DNA of 63,946 bases, counting the filler, from Acetivibrio sp. (GTDB lineage Bacteria > Bacillota > Clostridia > Acetivibrionales > Acetivibrionaceae): assembly GCF_035371925.1 (NCBI RefSeq). It is 4 parts of 4 records of this genome, joined end to end, with 100 filler letters (N's around TTAATTAATTAA, not from the genome) between each part and the next. Parts side by side here need not be neighbours in the genome. Positions count along the whole stretch, not along the records: positions 1 to 22,467 come from NZ_DAORXT010000046.1; positions 22,568 to 44,964 come from NZ_DAORXT010000047.1; 2 more parts are not named here. One strand, 5' to 3'. The notes beneath the pieces are model-generated. The model saw only the letters and a list, made by a program, of their open reading frames with translations, made no database searches and was not told the origin of the DNA. Both the position numbers and the translations under genes were made by a program. Shown in pieces: positions 20,513 to 29,100 of the stretch. Within the stretch, counting starts at the first letter, position 1; the number at the start of each line of letters is the position of its first letter.

Positions 20513-20865
20513 GGAGCCCGTGATGATCTTTGCGCCGGCCTAGTTAAATTTCAGAACTTCTAAAAAGTTAAAAAGTAAAGAAACTTATATAGACCTTTGC
20601 TCGACTATTATTATTGCTAAAATGTGCCATAACGAAATCAACTTGGCTCAAGTCAATTTGCTATAATAAAGCAATAAATAATAATCTTAGCTCGAATCTG
20701 AATATCCGTAAAACTAAATTTTTCAGATATTCAAGACTCTTCCCGCCGACTAATATCAAGCCTTAGCGTCAACCTTGGACGAAACCTGATATTAATCTTT
20801 GGCCGAATGTTATAAAGCCGCAATAGTGACCTCATAACACTCTTGGCTCAACCATCACGAACCCC
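20513..20865 (-). ncRNA. Candidate large structured ncRNA: closed six-way junction with five hairpins and six similar linkers
   Basis: Hand folding: 15-bp closing stem plus five hairpins of 13-32 bp; about 20 G-U pairs that work only on the minus strand; no long ORF. Confidence 0.7.
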
Positions 20866-21179
20866 TTGTGTTATTATTTTGCTCATAATGTTTTGATTAA
20901 TACATAATCAGTTGATGAATTATATTCCATTGAAATAATAATATAGAAAACTTGCATTTTGATTATGCTTATGCTTTTTCGACGGGAATCAGTTCTATAT
21001 TTGTATTAAAAACTCTGTTTGATAATGATAACAATAATAGTAAGTATGTCGTTTGCAAAAAAAACACAATAAATTTGTGTCAAAAATAATTTTGCATTTT
21101 TTATATCAATAACTTGCAAATTCGAATATTATATATTAAAATAAGGTACATAATATCAGATTGTTTTGGAGGGTATAAA

Positions 21180-22367
21180 ATGGTTGTTTCACAAAAAGCG
21201 CTTTCGATTAGCCCGTCTTCTACGCTGGCTATAGATGCAAAAGCGAAAAAGATGAGGTCAGAAGGAATTGATATTATTGGATTTGGTGCAGGTGAACCCG
21301 ATTTTGACACACCTGATCATATAAAAAAAGCGGCAATAGATGCTATAAATGAGGGGTTTACCAAATATACTCCTGCTTCAGGTACTCTTGAATTGAAGCA
21401 AGCTGTTTGTCGTAAATTTAAAATGGATAACGGGCTTGATTACAATCCTTCAAATATTGTAATAAGCAACGGTGCAAAGCACTCCCTGGTTAATGCTTTG
21501 CAGGCAATATGCAACCCCGGTGACGAGGTAATTATTCCGACTCCTGCATGGGTAAGCTATCCTGAGATGGTTAAACTTGCAGACGGAGTTCCGGTTTACA
21601 TTCCTTGTTCTGAGGAAGAGGGCTTCAAATTTACATTGGAGAAGCTTGAAAAGGCTATTACGGACAAAACCAGGGCAATTATCATCAACAGCCCGAGCAA
21701 TCCGACAGGTATGATTTACAGTGAAGAGGAATTAAGAGCGATAGCTGACCTGGCCGTAAGCAAGAGTATATATGTTATTTCCGATGAAATATATGAAAAA
21801 CTTATTTATGACGGATACAAGCATGTCAGCATTGCGTCTTTTAACGATAAAATAAAGGACCTTACCATAGTTGTCAACGGTGTATCCAAATCTTATGCAA
21901 TGACAGGTTGGAGAATAGGATATACTGCCAGCAACGAGCAAATTGCAAAGATTATGAGTAATGTTCAGAGCCATGCTACATCAAATCCGAATTCAATAGC
22001 TCAGAAGGCTGCTTTGGCTGCCCTTGAGGGACCGCAGGAAATAATCGACGAGATGGCTGTAGAGTTTGTGAAGAGAAGAGATTACATGGTTGACAGGATA
22101 AACTCAATGAACGGTGTATCCTGCATAAAGCCAAACGGTGCTTTCTATGTAATGATGAACATATCGAAGCTTATTGGAAAAGAAATAGACGGTATGAAAA
22201 TAACCGGTTCCGACAGTTTTGCAGATGCTCTGTTGGAGAAAGCAAATGTTGCTTTGGTACCGGGCTCCGGTTTCGGAACTGATATTCACGTAAGATTGTC
22301 TTATGCGACATCCATGGCAAATATTGAAGAAGGTTTAAACAGGATTGAAAAGTTTTTAAGCAAATAA
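21180..22367 (+). CDS. PLP-dependent class I/II aminotransferase (aspartate aminotransferase-like)
   Basis: GAGEPDFDTP, NSPSNPTG, SDEIYE, SKSYAMTGWRIGY. Confidence 0.95.
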   Translation: MVVSQKALSISPSSTLAIDAKAKKMRSEGIDIIGFGAGEPDFDTPDHIKKAAIDAINEGFTKYTPASGTLELKQAVCRKFKMDNGLDYNPSNIVISNGAKHSLVNALQAICNPGDEVIIPTPAWVSYPEMVKLADGVPVYIPCSEEEGFKFTLEKLEKAITDKTRAIIINSPSNPTGMIYSEEELRAIADLAVSKSIYVISDEIYEKLIYDGYKHVSIASFNDKIKDLTIVVNGVSKSYAMTGWRIGYTASNEQIAKIMSNVQSHATSNPNSIAQKAALAALEGPQEIIDEMAVEFVKRRDYMVDRINSMNGVSCIKPNGAFYVMMNISKLIGKEIDGMKITGSDSFADALLEKANVALVPGSGFGTDIHVRLSYATSMANIEEGLNRIEKFLSK

Positions 22368-22387
22368 TGTGTATTTGAAGGTATATG

Positions 22388-22414
22388 GCGGGATTCTTTG
22401 GAATCTCGCTTTTT
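22388..22414 (+). terminator. Intrinsic terminator after the aminotransferase
   Basis: GCGGGATTC / GAATCTCGC followed by T run. Confidence 0.75.
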
Positions 22415-22443
22415 GCATATTGAAGGTATTAAGAATCATTGTG

Positions 22444-22621
22444 ATATGGAGCGTAATATTATAATATNNNNNNNNNNNNNNNNNNNNNNNNNNNNNNNNN
22501 NNNNNNNNNNNTTAATTAATTAANNNNNNNNNNNNNNNNNNNNNNNNNNNNNNNNNNNNNNNNNNNNCTGGCATCTTCTTTTTCAAAGATCATTTTGTTT
22601 CATTACAGGAATGCTCCATAT
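22444..22621. mobile_element. Collapsed IS: left end GGAGCGT... (22448), right end ...ATGCTCC (22617), flanked by ATAT
   Basis: Inverted GGAGC/GCTCC termini either side of the gap; ATAT at 22444-22447 and 22618-22621; right end identical to window start. Confidence 0.65.
22468..22567. other. Artificial scaffold linker / assembly gap
   Basis: 44 N + TTAATTAATTAA + 44 N. Confidence 0.97.
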
Positions 22622-22766
22622 TTTAATATTACCAAGGTCAATATTGGGTTAAATCAATAATAATTATTGGCATTAGAACGCATAATTATTCAAAACAAAA
22701 GCGTGGACAACGAGTTTCTTCGATTTTGTCTCTTTTATTTCACCCTAAGAGGATAAATAAGGAATA

Positions 22767-22803
22767 TGTCCGAATTTATTAAATTAATTATCAAATTCGG
22801 ACA
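22767..22803 (-). terminator. Stem-loop downstream of the beta-helix-dockerin gene
   Basis: TGTCCGAATTT / AAATTCGGACA inverted repeat. Confidence 0.55.
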
Positions 22804-22917
22804 CATTCTTTGTGAAAAAGGTAATAAAATGAGTAGAATTTGTATGAACTCAAAACCCAACGCTTTATTCAATATAGTAATTCGAAAAGTAAATTGATTT
22901 TTATGTGCTGTTGCTTG

Positions 22918-24666
22918 TCAAATCTCCTCCGCAGGAAATTTATCAATTATTTTCAGAATATATCTTATCATCACCGAAAAATCGGTGGAATTTATTTTTC
23001 CGTCTCCGTTTACATCAGCACTTATACTGCCATTCGGATGGGGAAAATCACTGACAGATTTCGTCAGGTACCTCTTTAACAGTGTCAAATCAGTAGAGTT
23101 GACATTATTATCACCATTTATGTCACCATACTTTATGGGTTTATCCGGTGTCGGTGAAACAGTAGGAATTGTATTGCCATAATACCTCTCTTTTGCAGGG
23201 TTGGTACCGTTTATCCTGTCACTTCCGGTTGACGGCCATTCCATAGCTCCGAAGAAAACTGGCTTTGAGTCAAGATAATACGAGTCCGGTATTACACCAA
23301 CCGGAGTTTGTTGATTCCACTGAATTGAACCGTTTATAAGGTTGCCATGCAAAAACAGCGTTGAAGGATCTATTTTATGGGGGTACCGGCTGTCGGTATC
23401 CCAAAGGATGTCACCCTTAACAATTTCATTGCCGACAAAATTTTGATAGTTTGACGAGTCCTCCAAGCATATACTCTCTGACTCTATCCTGTTTCTAAGG
23501 AATGTGTTGTATGGTCCGGAAGGTCCCCAGTAATCGGAAACGGTTATCTCCTGTACGATATTTCCTTCAAACAAATTGGAATAAGCATAGTGCCCATGAA
23601 CTGAAATATCCGCCGGTGTCCAGTTGCCTCCTTCATTTTGATAGGGTTCTATTGAATAATTGTAGCCAAAAACATTTCCGTTTGCACCGAGATGTACCAT
23701 CATTGAGTGTCTCAGATGCTTGAAAATGTTGTTTTCAATGAGGCAGTCCGATACATGAAATCCCAGCTCGACGCCATATCCGTGTCCGCCTCCTCCCCAA
23801 TTTGTCGCATTGTCAAAAAAGCTGTCCCTAACTTCAATCCTGTATCCGGTTGTAACGCTGACATGGGCTTTTGAAGGCTTAATGCTGTGAATATTTTTTA
23901 TCCAGGAATTGGCTGCATTCTTAAAGAAGAACATTACGGTATCACTGGTATCAATACGCTCCACTGTAAAATCTTCAAAACCAACAAATTCAGCAAACCC
24001 TTGAGTTCTAATTACTGGATTTAATTTCGATTTATATGTAATTCTAAGGGGCTCATCGATTGTTATTGTATTGCCCGAAACCGAAACCACCTTTGCTATT
24101 TGCCCTACACTGCCTGCCGCCCATCCTTGATTCCATTCCGGCAAAGTATACATTACATCCGGATTATTGTCCTGCTGTATTTCAACGTATTTGCCCGCTG
24201 CAAAACCAGACGGGTCGGATACTACGAGTTCTCTCGAACCACGGGTATAACCTCCGACTAGATTTACCCAGTTTCCCCTTTTGTAGGTTATAACCTCAAA
24301 GGCATCGGAGGAATGGTCTATTAAAAGGATGGTTTTGCCGGGACCTTCTCCTCTTAATACAACGGGTTTATCCAACGTAATTTTTGATTTTATAAGATAT
24401 TTTCCTGACGGAATCAGGACAGCTCCCCCATCTTTCACAGATTCAATGGCCTTTATAAAAGCATTGCTGTCATCGGTTAAGCCATCCCCCTTTGCTCCAA
24501 AGTCTGTAACATTAGCCGTAACAGGTCTTGCCGGAATTCCGCCTCTTATTCCCGGATTAAATACAACAGTTTCACCGTTTATTTCTGCGCCATAAGCACC
24601 TGGATTTACGGTAAAACTTAGGAGCATCACAATAACTGTTGCAATGCATAATGCCGTTTTGGGCAT
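22918..24666 (-). CDS. Secreted cellulosomal protein: pectate-lyase-superfamily beta-helix + type I dockerin
   Basis: Signal peptide, NVTDFGAKGDG.TDDS.AF..AI, PT linker, duplicated dockerin DINGDNNVNSTD / DVNGDGKINSTD. Confidence 0.85.
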   Translation of the reverse strand: MPKTALCIATVIVMLLSFTVNPGAYGAEINGETVVFNPGIRGGIPARPVTANVTDFGAKGDGLTDDSNAFIKAIESVKDGGAVLIPSGKYLIKSKITLDKPVVLRGEGPGKTILLIDHSSDAFEVITYKRGNWVNLVGGYTRGSRELVVSDPSGFAAGKYVEIQQDNNPDVMYTLPEWNQGWAAGSVGQIAKVVSVSGNTITIDEPLRITYKSKLNPVIRTQGFAEFVGFEDFTVERIDTSDTVMFFFKNAANSWIKNIHSIKPSKAHVSVTTGYRIEVRDSFFDNATNWGGGGHGYGVELGFHVSDCLIENNIFKHLRHSMMVHLGANGNVFGYNYSIEPYQNEGGNWTPADISVHGHYAYSNLFEGNIVQEITVSDYWGPSGPYNTFLRNRIESESICLEDSSNYQNFVGNEIVKGDILWDTDSRYPHKIDPSTLFLHGNLINGSIQWNQQTPVGVIPDSYYLDSKPVFFGAMEWPSTGSDRINGTNPAKERYYGNTIPTVSPTPDKPIKYGDINGDNNVNSTDLTLLKRYLTKSVSDFPHPNGSISADVNGDGKINSTDFSVMIRYILKIIDKFPAEEI

Positions 24667-24887
24667 ATCTTCCCCTCCAATCATATATCCCTCTATTGTT
24701 ATTTTATTATAGAATCTATAGGGTTTACAATATTTTTGCCGGTTAATGGTTTTTGAGGTGTAAATACTCGGAATTATAAAGCATCTTTGGCATAAAAAAG
24801 CTGGTACAATGGTAAAATTTATGGTAAGATTTTATTGTTGCAATAGTATTAGCTATATTTCAATGTATAAAGGGGTTAGGGATTATT

Positions 24888-26081
24888 ATGAAATTTCCAT
24901 TTTACTATTCTTCCAACGGTTTTGATATCAAAAGTATATCTATTGTCGGAGATTTCAATAACTGGGATAGCAGCAAAAATATTTTGCAAAGATATGATGA
25001 CAAAACTTGGATGACAGAAATCGAACTGTTGTCCGGCAATTACAAATACAAATTTTTAATAAATGACAATATATTTTTAAATGACCCGAATGCCCTGATT
25101 TACACATATGATGACAAGGGCAATACAGTGTCTTTTATATCAATCGGTGAAAACAACAAAAGGTTTGTCAAGGCCGCGCCTGCTTCACTCAATATCGAAA
25201 GCTACAGTTTCTCGGTCGTTGACAAAGAGCTTTTGTCTTGTGAAAGCAAAGAAAGAAAATGCTACAAGGACAAACACTCCGGTCTTGCCGTAAAAATCGG
25301 TTTTACCGGCATAACAGGCTTGCATACGATAAACGCAATATGGTACTCTCCCAATAATGAAATATATGAGATACAGGAAAGTGTCTTAGAAGACAGTGAA
25401 AAAATTGAAGACGGCAAAGCCGAGGCATTATTTCAAATAAATATAAATGACGACACTTGCGAAGGCGAATGGAAATTGCAAGTATTTATAAACGGTGCCT
25501 ATACCTTAGAAGACAGTTTTACCGTAGAATTAAAGCAACCGGAAATCGAGGATAATACAGCATCTGTTGATGCTTCCATGTTTGCTGATGACACAGACAT
25601 TCCCTATTTTTCCAGCGTTCAATCCTCTTATGACGGTTTTGCTTCATCCGAATCCGAAGCAGAAACCGATTTAAAAACCGGTACCGAAAATGAAGAAGAG
25701 CTTTCGGGCGAAGAATTGTTGGATCTTTTTGACGATATTAAGGAAATAGACATATCCGCTTCTCAAAAGGCTGATTCTTCGGATAATACTGAAGTGCCAA
25801 ACGACAGCAGTATTATGAATTTATTCGATGAAATTCGAACCTCAGGTCCGAAAGAAAGTCCATCAGACATGACAAATGAAGCTCTCAATGTTTCAAATAC
25901 TGCATCAGAATCCGATAGCGGCATTGATGAACTTCTTGAACTTAAAGAGTTTATCAATTCTTCTCAAAGCTCAGGCGAAAATTCCGAACACACCGGGTCC
26001 GCTGTCAAAAAATCCGATGAAGCTGACGATGAAGAAAATATTCATGACATATTTAAAGAGCTTAAAGATATAACCGACTAA
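24888..26081 (+). CDS. CBM48/AMPK-CBM-like domain + Ig-like domain + acidic disordered tail
   Basis: SIVGDFNNW...Y.YKFLIND...DP motif; D/E/S-rich C-terminal half. Confidence 0.7.
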   Translation: MKFPFYYSSNGFDIKSISIVGDFNNWDSSKNILQRYDDKTWMTEIELLSGNYKYKFLINDNIFLNDPNALIYTYDDKGNTVSFISIGENNKRFVKAAPASLNIESYSFSVVDKELLSCESKERKCYKDKHSGLAVKIGFTGITGLHTINAIWYSPNNEIYEIQESVLEDSEKIEDGKAEALFQININDDTCEGEWKLQVFINGAYTLEDSFTVELKQPEIEDNTASVDASMFADDTDIPYFSSVQSSYDGFASSESEAETDLKTGTENEEELSGEELLDLFDDIKEIDISASQKADSSDNTEVPNDSSIMNLFDEIRTSGPKESPSDMTNEALNVSNTASESDSGIDELLELKEFINSSQSSGENSEHTGSAVKKSDEADDEENIHDIFKELKDITD

Positions 26082-26124
26082 ACCGTTAAACACACTAAAA
26101 GAATTTTGTTGTGAGGTAATTTTT

Positions 26125-29100
26125 ATGGGAAATAAATATGTTTTGCATATATACTTTGATAATTTTTTTAAAATAGTTGAAATTGATAATTTTAATAAGA
26201 ATATAATATCTATCGGACGTTCCGAGGTAAACGATATTGTAATTGATTCTTCCTGTATTGATGAAAACCATTGCTCCCTGAAAAAGGAAGACAATCAATG
26301 GTATATCTATAATCACAGTAAATCCGGTATTTTCTGCAACGGAAGCACTATAAGCAAAAAGATGCTTGTGCCCTACGATACTTATGTAATTGGAAATTCA
26401 CCCGAAACTATGAGCAGAGCTGCCATAATTGTAAAGCCCGAAGACCCCTATGACAGTATTTTAGGAAATTTCGAAATACGGGGAGTTTCCGAAATTACCA
26501 TAGGAAAAAGCGATTCCTGCAATATAGTTTATTCGGATAAACTAGTCTCAAGTGAGCATGCTAAAATATATAAATCCCTTGACGGAAAATATCACATTGC
26601 AGATCTTGAGAGTCTGAACGGTACTTTTTTGAATGGAAAAAAGGTTTATGACAGTGACTTAAGCCAAGGTGACATAATATATATCTGCGGATATAAAATT
26701 GTTTTTGAAGGCTCTTTTATTTCAGTGTACCACATGGGAGACGGAGTTTATGTAAATGGTCTAAAACCGGCCTTAAAATCTGCCAAACCCCCGTATCCCT
26801 ATATACAGCGTTCACCAAGGCTTATACCTGAAATGCCCGAAGGAGAGAAGGCAATCCCCAGTCCTCCCTCGGCAGCATCCAAGCCAAGCATATCATGGAT
26901 AGGCATTTTACTGCCTCCGATAATGATGTCAATAATAACAATAATTACAGCCGTTATAGGCAAATCAACACAAATGCTGCTTTCGCTTTCAATGACTTTT
27001 GTGTCGGTAATTGTGTCAATATCCCAATATGTATCGCAAAACAAGAAATTTAAAGATGATACCGAGTTAAGAACCAAAAAGTATGGGGAAATCATCAACT
27101 CATTACGCAAAGAACTTGAAATAGCCCGCGAGCAGCAAAAAAAAGGGATGTTGATTATGAATCCCGATCCTGAAGAATGCATTAGGCGTGTTGAAACTAT
27201 AGACAGAAGGCTTTGGGAAAGAACTCCCCAGTTCAATGATTTTTTGGCGGCGCGTATAGGTATAGGAACCATGCCTCTTGCAATTAAAATTCAGTATCAA
27301 AGCCAGCCGCTAAGCATCGATAGCGACCCTTTGGCGTCAGAACCTCAAAAGGTCCACGACGAGTTTTCCCAAGTTTCGGACATACCTGTTTGTGTTCCTT
27401 TGTTTCATTCGGGTACAGCAGGAATAATAGGTTCAAGAAGTGAAGTTTTAAAAAATGTTAGAGCTTTAATTATACAACTGGCGACTTTCCATTCCTATGA
27501 AGAAGTGAAAATCGTATTGGTCTACCCAAAAGAAGAAGCCGACGAATGGGAGTGGATTCGCTGGCTGCCCCACGTATGGAATGAAAATCGGCAAATTCGT
27601 TTTCTGGCAAATGACAAGGAAATGGCACACCAGTTGTTTAGCTATCTCTATGACATAATAAAAGAGCGTGAGCAGCGCACCAATAAAGACAAGATCAATA
27701 CTCCAGTAAACTTTCCTCATTATGTATTTATTCTGGCAGACATCCGTTTAATTGAGGATGAACCGATTATGAACTATCTGGCTCACAACAACCAAATTTT
27801 AGGTGTGTCTACCATTTATCTTTTTGACAGGATCGAGTATCTTCCAAAAGATTGCCAGGCTATTATTGAGCTGGCTTCCAAATCCGGCCATATGCTGCAA
27901 AGAAGCCTTGGGGCTTCCCCCATACCTTTTTTACCGGACACAGTGTCTATAAATGATGCCGAGCATTTTTCAAGGAGAATGGCTCCAATACGCATAAAAG
28001 AATTGTTGACTTCAACAAATTTACCTTCATCAATAACTCTTTTACAGATGTATTCCGTAAGAACTGTGGAGGAATTAAATGTGACGGAGCGGTGGAAAAA
28101 GAACAAAGCCTTCCGTACATTGGCTGCTCCCCTCGGTATACGTACCGGCAACGAATTAATTTCCCTTGACCTTCACGAACGCGGACAGGGTCCCCACGGT
28201 TTGGTGGCAGGTACAACCGGTTCGGGTAAAAGTGAGCTTTTGCAATCCTTTATAATTTCTTTGGCAATAAACTTTCATCCTCATGATGTGGTTTTCGTAC
28301 TGATAGATTATAAAGGCGGAGGTATGGCAAATGCATTTCTGGATTTGCCTCATTTGGTTGGAACAATTACCAATCTTGGAGGGAATCAGACTACCCGTGC
28401 CCTTGTATCCATCAAGAGTGAGCTTAAGAGAAGACAGACAATTTTTGCCCAATACGGAGTAAACCATATAGACAGCTATCAAAAACTTTACCACAGTCAA
28501 AAGGCCAAAGAACCCCTTCCCCATCTTGTCATAATTGCGGATGAATTTGCGGAGTTAAAAAGCGAACAACCGGATTTCATGAGAGAGCTGGTAAGTACAG
28601 CAAGGGTTGGCCGAAGCCTTGGTGTACACCTTATTCTTGCAACGCAAAAGCCTGCCGGAGTAGTTGATGACCAGATATGGAGTAACGCGCGTTTCCGTAT
28701 TTGTCTTAAAGTTCAAGGACCGCAGGACAGCCAGGATGTCATCAAACGCCCCGATGCCGCGAATATCAAGCAGCCCGGAAGAGCCTACATCCAAGTTGGA
28801 AACGATGAAATATTTGAGCTCTTCCAGTCCGCATGGAGCGGAGCAGGTTATACTCCCGATGCCAGTGAGGAAATCACTGCTCAAAATGATATTTCTGAAG
28901 TGGCTATAAACGGCAAGCGCCATCAGCTTTATACAAAGTCTACATCGCAAATCAGAAAAGCTGAGTTTACTCAGCTTCAAGCTGCTGTTTCTCATATAGC
29001 AAATGTGGCGCAGCATGAGAATATAATTCGTCTTAAAGGACCGTGGCTCCCGCCCCTTCCGGAACAGGTTTACCTTGAAAGTCTCCTTTCCGAGGTTGAA

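Noticed and set aside
20732..20836. 34-codon minus-strand ORF (MRSLLRLYNIRPK...) within the RNA
   Set aside because: No convincing RBS, the repeated motifs fall in different frames, and base pairing explains the sequence better.
20528..20850. Linker motif as a degenerate CRISPR/TIGR-type array or type III antitoxin repeat
   Set aside because: Repeats are only about 9-10 nt, the spacers are themselves hairpins, the ends pair with each other, and no cas, Tas, RT or toxin gene is adjacent.
22512..22523. TTAATTAATTAA palindrome inside N runs (also 45009-45020 and 62231-62242)
   Set aside because: Identical all-frame-stop linker in all three gaps; an assembly artefact. It also creates the false LIN* end of the GH30 ORF.
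24787..24801. Sigma-54-like TTGGCAT...GC upstream of the CBM48 gene
   Set aside because: GG-to-GC spacing is 9 nt rather than the required 10.
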